A stretch of 64,000 nt of DNA from Nitrospirales bacterium. Its GTDB lineage: Bacteria > Nitrospirota > Nitrospiria > Nitrospirales > UBA8639. The translations under genes were made by a program, and so were the position numbers. The notes beneath the pieces are model-generated. The model worked only from the letters and a program-made list of their open reading frames with translations. It was not told the origin of the DNA and did no database searches. Below, piece by piece: positions 19,991 through 30,943 of this stretch. The first letter of the stretch is position 1. Each line of letters begins with the position of its first letter. The stretch covers positions 1,280,001 through 1,344,000 of the forward strand of contig CBDCWC010000002.1 in the NCBI GenBank assembly GCA_965223295.1, read 5' to 3'.

Positions 19991-21715
19991 ATGAGACTTT
20001 CAGAATCGTTTATTCCCACCTTACGACAAGATCCCGGCGAAGCCGAAGTCATCAGCCACCGCTTGATGCTGCGTGCCGGCATGATTCGAAAAGTCGCCGC
20101 GGGCATCTATTCGTATCTGCCATTAGGCCTGCGAGTCATTCGAAAGATCGAAACAATCGTTCGAGAAGAAATGAATCGAGCCGGAGCCCAAGAGCTCTTA
20201 CTGCCGATCCTTTCACCCGCCGAACTATGGGAAGAAACCGGACGTTGGGACTTCTATGGCAAAGAACTTGTGCGGTTACAGGATCGCCATGAACGAGACT
20301 TTTGCTTAGGGCCCACACATGAAGAAGTCATCACCGACTTGTTCCGGCGAGAAGTACGTTCCTATCGGCAACTACCACTCATTCTCTATCAAATTCAAAC
20401 GAAGTTTCGTGATGAAATTCGCCCGCGATTTGGACTAATGCGGGGAAGAGAATTCATCATGAAAGATGCCTACAGTTTTGACCAGCATGAGAGGGATGCA
20501 AAGCACAATTATCAAAAGATGTACGACGCTTATTGTCGAATTTTTACACGTACAGGACTACAATTTCGTCCCGTTGAGGCTGACACCGGGCTTATTGGAG
20601 GTATTTCCTCACATGAGTTTATGGTGTTAGCCAATACCGGCGAAGAACTTATTGTCTTCGATCCTGAAAGCTCCTATGCCGCAAATGTCGAACGCGCAGA
20701 AGTCATCCCTTCGAAAACCAATGAAATCGAAGAACTCAAGCCATTAGAAAAAGTCGCAACCCCTCGAGCCAAATCAGTTGAAGACCTGTGCACAGCTCTC
20801 AACATTCCCTCACATCGTGTCGTTAAAACTCTGTTATACGAAACCGGAGACAAGGAGATTACCGCCGTGTTAATCCGCGGCGACCACCAGGCAAACGAAA
20901 TAAAAATTCAGCGGCATTTAGGCCTGCATGATATCTCTTTAGCGTCACCCGAACTGGTGGCAAAAGTGACGGCCGCACCGGTTGGCTTCGTTGGACCAGT
21001 GGGACTGTCAAACGTGAAGATTTTGGCTGACCATGCAGTCAGTGCCCTTGCCAACTTAGTCGTAGGAGCCAACGAACAAGATTTTCATTTCACGAACGTG
21101 AACCCGGAAAGAGATTTTACCATTCAAGATATTGGAGATTTCCGACAAGCTCAGGCCGGGGATCCGTCCCCCAATGGCGGTGGACCGCTTCAAACGGCCC
21201 GAGGCATTGAAGTTGGTCATGTCTTCATGCTAGGCACCAAGTATAGCGAAAAGATGGGTGCGACGTATCTTGATGCCGAGAGCCAAAGTCATCCCGCCAT
21301 CATGGGTTGTTACGGAATTGGCATCGGACGAACCGCAGCAGCAGCCATCGAGCAGAACCATGATGAACACGGTATTTGCTGGCCCATGCCCATCGCTCCT
21401 TTTCAAGCGCAAATTCTTCCAGTGACAAATTCTGACGCGGTCCGTGTGGCATCCGAAAAATTATATAAGGAGTTAGGGAAACACAATCTTGAAGTTTTGC
21501 TAGATGACCGAAACGAGCGAGGTGGGGTGAAATTTAAGGATGCCGACATGATTGGTATACCCTATCACATCATTATTGGTGATAAAGGATTGGCGACTAA
21601 CACTATCGAAATCAAAGATCGAAAAACTGGAGAAAAAGTCCTTCTCTCACCAGAGCAAGTGACCGACTGGATCAAAAATAGAGTGACAGAACAGCTTAGA
21701 TATCAAAACTCATGA
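19991..21715 (+). CDS. proS: Proline--tRNA ligase
   Basis: SHRLMLRAG, GPTHEE, FRDEIRPRFGLMRGREF, MGCYGIG. Confidence 0.97.
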   Translation: MRLSESFIPTLRQDPGEAEVISHRLMLRAGMIRKVAAGIYSYLPLGLRVIRKIETIVREEMNRAGAQELLLPILSPAELWEETGRWDFYGKELVRLQDRHERDFCLGPTHEEVITDLFRREVRSYRQLPLILYQIQTKFRDEIRPRFGLMRGREFIMKDAYSFDQHERDAKHNYQKMYDAYCRIFTRTGLQFRPVEADTGLIGGISSHEFMVLANTGEELIVFDPESSYAANVERAEVIPSKTNEIEELKPLEKVATPRAKSVEDLCTALNIPSHRVVKTLLYETGDKEITAVLIRGDHQANEIKIQRHLGLHDISLASPELVAKVTAAPVGFVGPVGLSNVKILADHAVSALANLVVGANEQDFHFTNVNPERDFTIQDIGDFRQAQAGDPSPNGGGPLQTARGIEVGHVFMLGTKYSEKMGATYLDAESQSHPAIMGCYGIGIGRTAAAAIEQNHDEHGICWPMPIAPFQAQILPVTNSDAVRVASEKLYKELGKHNLEVLLDDRNERGGVKFKDADMIGIPYHIIIGDKGLATNTIEIKDRKTGEKVLLSPEQVTDWIKNRVTEQLRYQNS

Positions 21716-21908
21716 AAAAGGCTCAGCCAAAAGGTCAACTCGTCTATTTACCTCTATCTTTCTAGAATTTTCATGAGAATTCGTTCACGATTACGACCCC
21801 ATTTAATGTGCCTTTCGTGTATACTATCTTATGTATTCAGGGACTTCTGAACCAGGAGCAATTTTTCTCGCAGAACCTCAGCTGTTCATTGACGAATCCT
21901 TGAAGTAG

Positions 21909-22424
21909 ATGGTACCCTTCAAGGTTGAATTTCCTAAAGAATATCAGCATGTTGAGAACAAGTTATCCATGTTAAATCAAATGAATGTTCGGGGACTTCT
22001 TTTTGACCCCTACAACAATGCGTATATCGTCATCCTCCGCGATGAGCAACATTCGGACATGCTGCCCATCTGGGTGGGAAAGTCCGAGGCCAGTGCGATT
22101 AGCTTCGCTCTTGAAAAAATTGCACCTCCTCGGCCCATGACCCATGATCTCATGAAAACCTTGTTGGATAATATGGATGCCAAAGTTATCAGTACAGTCA
22201 TCACCGACCTCAAAGAGAATACCTATTTTGCCAAAATTCATTTGCTGTTTGGTGACTCTGAATTCACCATTGATTCACGCCCCAGTGATGCCATCGCCGT
22301 CGCCCTTCGCACGGAAGCGCCTATCTTCGCCTCTGGTGAAGTCTTACACAAACAGAACTCCGAAGAATTGGAACGGTGGCTTGAAAATCTTAAGCCTGAA
22401 GACTTTGGAAAACCTGATGCGTAG
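21909..22424 (+). CDS. Bifunctional nuclease (DUF151/BFN) family protein, paralog 1
   Basis: LPIWVGKSEA, PRPMTHDL, IDSRPSDAIAVALR; true start may be 21969. Confidence 0.9.
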   Translation: MVPFKVEFPKEYQHVENKLSMLNQMNVRGLLFDPYNNAYIVILRDEQHSDMLPIWVGKSEASAISFALEKIAPPRPMTHDLMKTLLDNMDAKVISTVITDLKENTYFAKIHLLFGDSEFTIDSRPSDAIAVALRTEAPIFASGEVLHKQNSEELERWLENLKPEDFGKPDA

Positions 22425-22465
22425 AAGAGATTTTTTCATCTGATCTATCAACGAGTTTACCTGTG

Positions 22466-22936
22466 ATGGCTGAAACAGATACGCTTATTTCATTAAAAGT
22501 TCATGGGGTGTTAGTGGATCCTAACACCGACACGCAAATTGTTGTCTTACGGGACGAGCAAAACTCTGAAGTCTTGCCCATCTGGGTGGGCACGGCAGAG
22601 GGAACATCCATACGGCTCGCTCTTGAAAATGTCATCCCGCCACGTCCCATGAGCCATGATTTAATCTGTAGCTTTACTTCATATCTTGGATTTACGCTTA
22701 ATAAAGTCGTAATTACTGAAGTCAAGAATAATACCTATTTTTCCACCTTGTGCTTATCAAAAGATGATCTGGAAAAATCCATAGACTCCCGTCCCAGCGA
22801 TGCCATTGCTCTAGCCGTTCGTTGCCAATGCCCAATTTATGTCACCCCGGAGGTATTGGAGCAACGCGGTGGCGAAGATCTGGATACATGGCTCTCGAAA
22901 CTTGACCAAAAGGGAACGGAACAACCGGAAACCTAA
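22466..22936 (+). CDS. Bifunctional nuclease (DUF151/BFN) family protein, paralog 2
   Basis: LPIWVGTAEG, PRPMSHDL, IDSRPSDAIALAVR. Confidence 0.9.
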   Translation: MAETDTLISLKVHGVLVDPNTDTQIVVLRDEQNSEVLPIWVGTAEGTSIRLALENVIPPRPMSHDLICSFTSYLGFTLNKVVITEVKNNTYFSTLCLSKDDLEKSIDSRPSDAIALAVRCQCPIYVTPEVLEQRGGEDLDTWLSKLDQKGTEQPET

Positions 22937-22985
22937 ATTTCTACCATACTGAATTTTCGACAGTTGGAAAGGACATGTCAGGCTC

Positions 22986-23414
22986 ATGCGATCATTTCAA
23001 GCAAAGCCCTTAGAGGTTGAACGAAAATGGTTTGTCGTTGATGCGGCGGGAAAAACCGTTGGCCGTTTGGCGACGCAGGTCGCGTCTATTCTCCGCGGCA
23101 AGCATAAACCTATTTTCACTCCGAATGTAGACACAGGCGATCACGTCGTCATCATCAATTCAAGCCAAGTACAGTTTACCCGTAATAAATTTCGCGACAA
23201 AATTTATTACCATCATACAGGGTATCCAGGTGGGATAAAGGCTATATCTGCAGAACACCTCCATGCAAAAAAACCAACAGAAGTTTTATCCAAAGCCATA
23301 CGAGGCATGCTGCCAAAATGTACGTTGGGTAAACAAATGGCCAAGAAACTTCGAATTTATAGTGGAGCCGAACACCGACACCAAGCTCAAAATCCCACTC
23401 CGTTGAACCTCTAA
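22986..23414 (+). CDS. rplM: 50S ribosomal protein L13
   Basis: [32 protein letters not shown]. Confidence 0.98.
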   Translation: MRSFQAKPLEVERKWFVVDAAGKTVGRLATQVASILRGKHKPIFTPNVDTGDHVVIINSSQVQFTRNKFRDKIYYHHTGYPGGIKAISAEHLHAKKPTEVLSKAIRGMLPKCTLGKQMAKKLRIYSGAEHRHQAQNPTPLNL

Positions 23415-23457
23415 GTAACGTGATGCTCTTAGCGTAAAAAGGAGAGAGAGTTCTATT

Positions 23458-23850
23458 ATGGTAGACACTGTTCAGTATGCAACTGGAAAAAAGAAATATG
23501 CTATTGCCCGTGCCTGGATTGAACCTGGGCAGGGAAACATTCACATCAATTCCCGGTCGTTAGAAGACTATTTCCCTCGATTATCCCATCAAATTCAAGT
23601 CCAGACGCCTTTTGAAGTCACTAAAACGGAAGGGCAGTTTAATGTGAAAGCCTCTCTTTCCGGTGGCGGGATTTCAGGCCAGGCTGGTGCTCTTCGCCAT
23701 GCCATTGCCAAAGCCTTATCTTTACATGACGCTTCCTTACGTGACCCACTCAAAAAACAGGGCTTACTGACACGTGACTCTCGCGTCAAAGAACGGAAAA
23801 AGTATGGACAAAAAGGAGCACGGGCAAAGTTCCAATATTCTAAACGTTAA
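23458..23850 (+). CDS. rpsI: 30S ribosomal protein S9
   Basis: GGGISGQAGA, TRDSRVKERKKYG, QYSKR. Confidence 0.98.
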   Translation: MVDTVQYATGKKKYAIARAWIEPGQGNIHINSRSLEDYFPRLSHQIQVQTPFEVTKTEGQFNVKASLSGGGISGQAGALRHAIAKALSLHDASLRDPLKKQGLLTRDSRVKERKKYGQKGARAKFQYSKR

Positions 23851-23887
23851 TTCCTCGACTTCAACAAGAATATTTTTCAGAATGTGT

Positions 23888-23918
23888 AAGGGGAGGTTGC
23901 CACAACCTCCCCTTTTTT
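23888..23918 (+). terminator. Rho-independent terminator after rpsI
   Basis: AAGGGGAGGTTG-CCA-CAACCTCCCCTT then T tract. Confidence 0.85.
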
Positions 23919-23961
23919 GATGGCTGGCGCAACTAGACCGACATGTCATTCAACATGAATA

Positions 23962-24151
23962 GGACTGTTGAGTAATGATGATATCAACGACCACATTTAG
24001 CCTCTGAGGCAGAACATGTCAGAAGGGTCGGGGCTGTTCAAAAAAGTCCGTCCAGCAAGGCCGCAGCCATTTTTGCGCGCGGAGCGTACTGGTCCTACGT
24101 GAACACGAAAAAATGGCGAGAACGCCGCTGGCGGCTTTTTTCAACAGACCC
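23962..24151. mobile_element. MITE-like repeat family A, copy 3 (opposite orientation to copy 2)
   Basis: GGGCTGTTCAAAAAAGTCC...GGCTTTTTTCAACAGACCC (24031-24151) preceded by degenerate outer arm GTTGAGTAATGATGATATCAA. Confidence 0.85.
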
Positions 24152-24251
24152 TGAATAAGTAGGCCGAAGATAATCTTTGGTCTGGTAATCAAAACCCTGT
24201 CGCCACAGACCTCGTCATGCTTAATTTCACAATGTCTTCAGCGAGAAAGTC

Positions 24252-25325
24252 ATGACAAATCAACTTCGCGTCTCCGTCATTGGCGCAAGCGGATATACCG
24301 GTGGAGAATTGCTCCGTCTCCTGAGCCTCCACCCCCAGATCAAAATCGAAAAAATCGTGGCTTCTCGTAGATCAGAAGGCCTTGCTATCTCTTCCCTCTT
24401 GCCAAATCTTGCCAAAAGTATAGATAGTCAGCTTTCTGAACTTGATATTCCCAGCATTGCCAAGCAAGTTGACTTGGTTTTTTTAGCCCTGCCTCATACT
24501 CAGTCTCTACAACCAGTCGCCGACTTTATTGCGCACAAGAAAATGGTCATTGATCTGAGTGCGGATTATCGACTCCAAGACCCTCAAGTCTATGAACAAT
24601 GGTATCAAACACCTCATCTGTATCCCGAGTTACTGCAAGAGGCGGTATATGGATTACCGGAATTGCACCGTTCAGTCATTCAGAAGACCAAGTTGGTAGC
24701 CGTTCCAGGCTGCTACCCAACCGTGGCCATTTTGCAGTTAGCGCCGTTTATTGCCCATCAACTCATCGATCCAACCTCCATCATTATAGATGCAAAATCT
24801 GGCGTGTCTGGTGCGGGGCGCTCACCTGCTCTCGGCCTTCATTTTCCAGAAGCACATGAAGCCATCCATGCTTATAAAATAGCTACTCACAGACACCTCC
24901 CGGAGATTGAGCAAGGACTGAATACTTGTATCCCTCTATCCGTTAAGGGCCTCTCTCCTCCCCTCTCACTGATGTTTACCCCGCACCTAGTTCCCATCAA
25001 TCGCGGCATACTGAGTACTGCCTATGCCAAAATTCGTGGAGACATAAAACAAGAGGACATTGAAAATGTCTATCACCATTTCTACAAAGACGAACCGTTT
25101 ATTCGAGTGTTCCCTAAAGCTGAGTTGGTTAACCCTCGAAACCTTCGAGGAGCAAATTTCTTTGATGTAAGCTGTTCCTATGATGCTCGAACAGGTCATA
25201 TCATTAGCAGCGGTGCCATCGATAATCTCGTGAAAGGAGCAGCCGGCCAAGCCATTCAATGCATGAATCTCATGGCTGGATTTCCAGAAACCTTGGGGTT
25301 AACGAGTCCGGGACTTTTTCCCTAA
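24252..25325 (+). CDS. argC: N-acetyl-gamma-glutamyl-phosphate reductase
   Basis: GASGYTG, PGCYPT, SGVSGAGR, DNLVKGAAGQA. Confidence 0.97.
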   Translation: MTNQLRVSVIGASGYTGGELLRLLSLHPQIKIEKIVASRRSEGLAISSLLPNLAKSIDSQLSELDIPSIAKQVDLVFLALPHTQSLQPVADFIAHKKMVIDLSADYRLQDPQVYEQWYQTPHLYPELLQEAVYGLPELHRSVIQKTKLVAVPGCYPTVAILQLAPFIAHQLIDPTSIIIDAKSGVSGAGRSPALGLHFPEAHEAIHAYKIATHRHLPEIEQGLNTCIPLSVKGLSPPLSLMFTPHLVPINRGILSTAYAKIRGDIKQEDIENVYHHFYKDEPFIRVFPKAELVNPRNLRGANFFDVSCSYDARTGHIISSGAIDNLVKGAAGQAIQCMNLMAGFPETLGLTSPGLFP

Positions 25326-25366
25326 GACCTACTTATCCGCTCAAACCAACTACATGGACAAGTATA

Positions 25367-26575
25367 ATGTCTAAACGTATACAAGGAGGAATTACAGCCC
25401 CTAAGGGATTCCTTGCGGCAGGAATTTGCTGCGGCATAAAACAGAAGGGGCAACGAGATCTTGCTCTTGTGACTTCTGAGAACCCTGGACCTATCGCTGG
25501 CGTATTTACAAGAAATACCATCCCTGCGGCCGCAGTTAAGCTTGATCGACGGCACCTCAAAAAGAAGCTTGGACAAGCCCTTATCATCAATAGCGGCAAC
25601 GCCAATGCCTTTACAGGGTCTGAAGGGACTCAAAATGCTGTTGAAACGGCCCGCCTCGTTGCAGCTCAGCTTGGCATTCCGCACCACTATGTTTTTGTGG
25701 GGTCCACAGGAGTCATTGGAGTTCCACTTCCGATGCCGGTGGTGCGGAAAGGTATTCCCATTCTTGTGTCCAAGCGTCGAAAAACCGGTCATCGAGATGC
25801 AGCTCAAGCTATTCTGACAACCGATACCAAACCAAAGACCATTGCCTTACAGCAACGCATTGGGGGAACCGTCGTCACGATGGGTGGCATGGCTAAGGGC
25901 TCTGGGATGATTCACCCCAACATGGCGACCATGTTGGCCTATCTCACTACTGATGCAGCCGTCGAGCCAACTATATTCCAAAAAATGCTGCGCCTTGCAG
26001 TGGATCAAACCTTTAATTGCATTTCAGTTGATGGAGATTCCAGCACGAATGACACAGTACTGGCTTTGGCTAATGGCAAGGCTGGCAATCAAATCATCAG
26101 AGCAAAAGGGTCAGCTCACAACCAGTTGCAAGAACTCCTGATTGAAGCCTGCCATTCCCTCGCTATGGATATTTGCCGGGACGGGGAAGGGGTCACGAAA
26201 GTTGTTACACTCCACATCAATGAAGCCCCGAGTCATCGAGCTGCTAAGACTATCGCCCAAACCCTAGCCACATCGCTACTTGTCAAAACCGCAATTTTCG
26301 GAGCTGACCCCAATTGGGGCCGCCTCATTGCCGCCCTCGGACGATCAGGCTATCCTCTTCGCCCCAACCGTATCGTCATCGCCTTCAATCACCTCACGAT
26401 CGTCAAAAATGGTAAAGGATTGGGAACTCGCATTGAAGAACAGATTAAAAAAATCATGCAACGTCCCACATTTACGATTACGGTTTCTTTAGGTATGGGG
26501 AAGGGAACAGCTACACAATGGACAACGGACTTGACTTATGACTACGTCAAAATTAACGCATCCTACCGGTCTTAA
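25367..26575 (+). CDS. argJ: Ornithine acetyltransferase / N-acetylglutamate synthase
   Basis: NSGNANA, KGSGMIHPNMATML, DGDSSTND, DGEG, YVKINASYRS; ATG 25367 preferred. Confidence 0.97.
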   Translation: MSKRIQGGITAPKGFLAAGICCGIKQKGQRDLALVTSENPGPIAGVFTRNTIPAAAVKLDRRHLKKKLGQALIINSGNANAFTGSEGTQNAVETARLVAAQLGIPHHYVFVGSTGVIGVPLPMPVVRKGIPILVSKRRKTGHRDAAQAILTTDTKPKTIALQQRIGGTVVTMGGMAKGSGMIHPNMATMLAYLTTDAAVEPTIFQKMLRLAVDQTFNCISVDGDSSTNDTVLALANGKAGNQIIRAKGSAHNQLQELLIEACHSLAMDICRDGEGVTKVVTLHINEAPSHRAAKTIAQTLATSLLVKTAIFGADPNWGRLIAALGRSGYPLRPNRIVIAFNHLTIVKNGKGLGTRIEEQIKKIMQRPTFTITVSLGMGKGTATQWTTDLTYDYVKINASYRS

Positions 26576-26617
26576 CAGTCTGGCTGTTTTTGACCAACCC
26601 CTTAGTAGCCGATCGAC

Positions 26618-28000
26618 CTATTTTTTTATATTATGGCGGGAGATGAGATCATGAAGGGTGGGACGGCTCACCCCAAGAAGGGTGGCGGCTTTTGTAATAT
26701 TTCCTCCAGTTTTCCCAAGCGTTTGTTCAATAACCTGCTTTTCAACCCTATCTCTGGCCTCCTTCAACGTTGGTCCAGCCTGCACGTCTTTCGGCTCTTC
26801 TAAATCTAAATCCGCAGGGGCGATTCTCGGGTTGTCCGACAGCGTCACTGCCCGGCGAACCCGGTTTTCTAATTCCCGAACATTACCTGGCCAATGATAC
26901 TGTTCCAGAGATAAGAGAGCCTCTCGTGAAAATCCCGCAATTTTCTTTTTCGCCTCATCTCCAAAACGCTGAAGCAGCACTTTAGCCAACATGGCGATAT
27001 CGGCTCCACGATCCCGCAATGGGGGGACAGGAATGGTCACGGTATTCAATCGATAATAGAGATCTTCACGAAAACGTCCCTCTTTCATCGCGAGCTGTAA
27101 ATTACTGTTGGTAGCGGCTAACACTCTAGTATCTACAGGGATTTCGACTCGTCCACCAACACGTTCAATGCTTCGCTCTTGTAAAACACGAAGAAGTTTA
27201 ACCTGCAACGCAGGAGAAATTTCCCCGATTTCATCCAGAAAAAGGGTCCCTCCCTCAGCAGATTCAATTCGCCCGGCGCGCTGCATATGAGCACCGGTAA
27301 ATGCTCCCTTCTCATGGCCAAACAACTCACTTTCTAGGAGTGTCTCCGGAATCGCTCCGCAATTGATGGCGACAAACGGTCCCTCTTTTCGATGACTTTG
27401 CTGATGAATGGCCCGAGCCACCAGCTCTTTTCCCGTTCCACTCTCTCCAACAATTAATATAGAAATGTCCGATCCAGCGACCCGGCGAATGGTATCAAAA
27501 ACTTTCGCCATCACGGGACTTGCACCAATAATGTCCGAAACTCCCCGTTTTTCCTGACGCTCTACTAACTTTTTATTTTCCTTTTCGATCCCTGAGAGAT
27601 ACCCTGCACGTTGAAGGACAGTTTTTAGTACTTCTATATCGACAGGTTTATCTAAGAAGTCGTAGGCACCTAGCTCTACAGCTTTTAAAGCATTGGCTCG
27701 GTCTTGGTTTCCAGTTATGACGACTACCTTGAGAAAAGGATCCCTTTCAACGAATTGCTCTAAGGCATGCAACCCTTCCGTCGCGCCATCGGCATCAGGA
27801 GGGAGACCTAGATCTAGGGTGACCAATCCTATGGTCTCACGTTGCAGGCTTTCCATAGCCTCTTCACGATTTTCAGCCTCAAAAACCCTATAGTTTCCCT
27901 TTAAGCCCCACTTCATTTGTTCCCGGATTTCCTGACTATCATCAACCAATAACAGGGAAGGGAGTGAATCAACATCTTGTCCGTTGTCTATAGTTGACAT
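26618..28000 (-). CDS. prsR: PEP-CTERM-box sigma54-dependent response regulator
   Basis: Receiver VTLDLGLPPD, GESGTGKE, GAFTGA, HTH GVSRPTL; adjacent to prsK and exosortase. Confidence 0.88.
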   Translation of the reverse strand: MSTIDNGQDVDSLPSLLLVDDSQEIREQMKWGLKGNYRVFEAENREEAMESLQRETIGLVTLDLGLPPDADGATEGLHALEQFVERDPFLKVVVITGNQDRANALKAVELGAYDFLDKPVDIEVLKTVLQRAGYLSGIEKENKKLVERQEKRGVSDIIGASPVMAKVFDTIRRVAGSDISILIVGESGTGKELVARAIHQQSHRKEGPFVAINCGAIPETLLESELFGHEKGAFTGAHMQRAGRIESAEGGTLFLDEIGEISPALQVKLLRVLQERSIERVGGRVEIPVDTRVLAATNSNLQLAMKEGRFREDLYYRLNTVTIPVPPLRDRGADIAMLAKVLLQRFGDEAKKKIAGFSREALLSLEQYHWPGNVRELENRVRRAVTLSDNPRIAPADLDLEEPKDVQAGPTLKEARDRVEKQVIEQTLGKTGGNITKAATLLGVSRPTLHDLISRHNIKK

Positions 28001-28059
28001 ATCTCGTACCTTGAACGCGTAAAATCCCAACCAGGAAAAACTTGACTGACCGGATTCTC

Positions 28060-30150
28060 CTATATATCGGCTGTTTCCACCGGAAATGTGAGGATTACTT
28101 TGGTCCCTATCCTTTCTTGGCTCTCAATGCGAATTTGCCCCCTATTATCCTCCACCATTTGCTTGCATTGAAATAGACCAACCCCCAGTCCAGTTTTCTT
28201 TGAACTTCTAAAGGGTTGGAACAAGTGCTCTAAGCGCTCCAGTGGAATTCCAGGACCTGAATCCACAATTTCTACCTTCAGATCCTTACCTTCGGAGTAC
28301 GTGGCAATATGAATAGAACCTTTTTCATTCACAGCCTGACGTGCATTTAAGATCAGATTCAGTAAGACTTGCTTGACTGGTTCCACTTGCAATTGACGTT
28401 TGGGAATTTCCGTCCCTGGCGTAAAGGTTGGTGAACATCCTGAGCCATTTAAGGATTCAAGGGTTTCTTGAATCAACTCGTTCATATCAACGGCTTCCTG
28501 ACTATTTTTGGCCTCAGACTCAAAACCTTTCGATTGTTTGGCCAACTTGGCCATCAGATCCATCATACGTTGAGAAGTCTTTCGAACCGTCCTCATAGCT
28601 GAGGCCTGAAAGTCAGGATCCTGACCATATTGTTCGGCATTCTGGACCACCATTGATAAACTCGAGGCCAAATTTTTTAGATCATGGAGATAAAACCCTG
28701 AAAATCTATGGACCGCCTCCCACTTAGACATCGCATTCTGCTCTTCAACTAGTTGAAATTGATGTAGCAACATGGTGACATGATAGGCAATAGCACGGAG
28801 AAGGTCACAATCATCCTGATCGTAGCTTCGATCATGCAGTTCTTTGCTTAACGTACAAAACCCCAGAAGGTCTCTCTCAGACATAGAAAGTGGCACACAA
28901 ATATGTGCCTTAGTACTCTGAAGAAATTCTATCAAGCCCTTGTCGTCCTCCTCGTCCTCATCAATTAAATATGGTTCCCTCGTTAGTAGCATTTTTTGAA
29001 CGATGAAATGATTCCCATCAATCGGCGGAGGCGGGTCTTCTGAGTTCACAGTTCGAATTTGATGAAACCGGCCATCAACCTCAAATTTCTTCCAAATCGT
29101 CACTCGTGGAGCACCAAAGGTTTGGCTTAGCCATTCAAGATATCGATCCCAAATTTGGTGGCTGTCCTGACAAGCCGAAAACGCTTCAGTAATTTCTAGC
29201 CAGATTTTTCGATAATCATATTTTGTTCGAAAAAAATGTCTTCCGACAAACTGCTGGAGCTCCAGTCGCGCCTGGCGGGACGCCAGGACCACAACGAGAC
29301 CCATGCCAGACACAAACATCACCAGGACACCAAGTGCTTCTCCCAACTCCCAACCAGTATTTTGAATCACCTGCGCGACGATTCCTACAAGAACCAAATA
29401 ACCTCCCACCAGTAAAAAGGTTAAAGAGGTATACAGCGCCTGATGACTGACCTGAAAATTTTGGCCAAAATCGTGAATACGCCATCTGGCCAATCCAAAT
29501 ACAATCACAAGCAAGGAAAGACACGTGGCAATACTCCCGACCCAGACATATGTTTGTGTCCAGAGGGGCAATAAGAGTAGTTGACTGGCTTGGGCGATTG
29601 AAATCCCAGCCAGCCCTCCCAACCCAATTAACACAAACTTCATTTGAAAGCGAAGTGGATCACGTGTGCTGCGAAGAATCTGTTCCAATTCAGAGAGTCC
29701 AATGACGACAACAATAAGAATAAAGCCCCAAATGGTCCACCCGACAACTTGAGGAAAAACAATTCCCCCACTCGCCGCAAGTTGCATCACTGAGTCAGGC
29801 CAAGCAAACAGCCATACACATAAGAGCACGGCGACTCCTGCCATCACAAAGAATTTTGTGCGGTTTTGTTGAATGGAAGCAGGAGAGAGATGGAAAAGAA
29901 ACGTTGACGTGACATAACCAAGGGCAACTGGAAAAGCCAGTTCACCGAAGAGAATAAGTTGCTTTCCGAGAAGGAGATGTTGAGGAAATACGAGACTCAG
30001 TCCATTGAGCCCCTGTACCCAGGCCACGACAACCATGAGCAAGGTTAAGGGGAAAAATACTGGGCTATCGGCTTTTTTCCAAAAAAGGGTTCCTCCGAGA
30101 ATCAGAGCCCCCCCCGCACTTAAAAAACAGGGAATCGCCCACATGCTCAT
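28060..30150 (-). CDS. prsK: PEP-CTERM system histidine kinase
   Basis: Multi-TM N-terminus, HFFRTKYDYR, GAF, HDLKN H-box, GLGVGLFQC. Confidence 0.88.
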   Translation of the reverse strand: MSMWAIPCFLSAGGALILGGTLFWKKADSPVFFPLTLLMVVVAWVQGLNGLSLVFPQHLLLGKQLILFGELAFPVALGYVTSTFLFHLSPASIQQNRTKFFVMAGVAVLLCVWLFAWPDSVMQLAASGGIVFPQVVGWTIWGFILIVVVIGLSELEQILRSTRDPLRFQMKFVLIGLGGLAGISIAQASQLLLLPLWTQTYVWVGSIATCLSLLVIVFGLARWRIHDFGQNFQVSHQALYTSLTFLLVGGYLVLVGIVAQVIQNTGWELGEALGVLVMFVSGMGLVVVLASRQARLELQQFVGRHFFRTKYDYRKIWLEITEAFSACQDSHQIWDRYLEWLSQTFGAPRVTIWKKFEVDGRFHQIRTVNSEDPPPPIDGNHFIVQKMLLTREPYLIDEDEEDDKGLIEFLQSTKAHICVPLSMSERDLLGFCTLSKELHDRSYDQDDCDLLRAIAYHVTMLLHQFQLVEEQNAMSKWEAVHRFSGFYLHDLKNLASSLSMVVQNAEQYGQDPDFQASAMRTVRKTSQRMMDLMAKLAKQSKGFESEAKNSQEAVDMNELIQETLESLNGSGCSPTFTPGTEIPKRQLQVEPVKQVLLNLILNARQAVNEKGSIHIATYSEGKDLKVEIVDSGPGIPLERLEHLFQPFRSSKKTGLGVGLFQCKQMVEDNRGQIRIESQERIGTKVILTFPVETADI

Positions 30151-30185
30151 ATCAACCTTTGGAAATGACTCGCGAGGTCGGAAAT

Positions 30186-30917
30186 TTAAATCACGGAATG
30201 ATCAGGCATATGATCAAGAAGAGTCGGCCAAAGATCGTGTAAAAAATCCACCGCATGATCATAGGCCTCCTGAACGGTTCCATCTTTCACAGGCACCGAA
30301 ATACGGACTAGCGAGCCATCCGACCGATTCTTGGTCATCGCATCCCAAATAAGGTAACCTTTTGCCCAATATTCGCTAGCTATCACTCGACCCCGATCAT
30401 GATACCAATACAAGATGACTTGTTTCTCCAGACCCTTTTGAATCAGCACGTTATTCACGGTAATTGTTGCTTGACCTGGCATTGTCAACGTCACAAAATC
30501 TGATGCCATAAATTGCCAGCCTGCGCCAGGTAGACAATTTTTAGGTGAGTGATACGTGGCCCCAGTCCGTTGGCTCTGATAAAAACCAACATACAACCAC
30601 ACCGGGAGGTTTGCCTTCACACGGCTCATATGGGTGTGCTGAGCATTTTGATCATCAATCACAACCACTTCAGATTCCGTTCCCCCTTGCCCAACAACTG
30701 GCACATACACTCGCATCATATAATCACTCAGTTTAAGAACATTAAGAACTTTCTCATCCAAGCCTAATTCTTTCCCCTTCCATTCTTCTGCTAAATTTAA
30801 TGGAAACTCTTCAAAGGCTTTATTACTCATGAGCTCTTCCGTTTTGGAGACCGATTGCATGAGACCAAACGTCCCAATCAATAGGAGAATAGCAATGAGA
30901 AAAGGCCATTTTTTCAT
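30186..30917 (-). CDS. epsI: EpsI-family exosortase-associated protein
   Basis: LYVGFYQSQR, HSPKNCLPGAGW, YWY, RSDGSLVRIS; ATG 30917 preferred. Confidence 0.88.
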   Translation of the reverse strand: MKKWPFLIAILLLIGTFGLMQSVSKTEELMSNKAFEEFPLNLAEEWKGKELGLDEKVLNVLKLSDYMMRVYVPVVGQGGTESEVVVIDDQNAQHTHMSRVKANLPVWLYVGFYQSQRTGATYHSPKNCLPGAGWQFMASDFVTLTMPGQATITVNNVLIQKGLEKQVILYWYHDRGRVIASEYWAKGYLIWDAMTKNRSDGSLVRISVPVKDGTVQEAYDHAVDFLHDLWPTLLDHMPDHSVI

Positions 30918-30943
30918 GATACAAATATCAAATACACGTTCAA

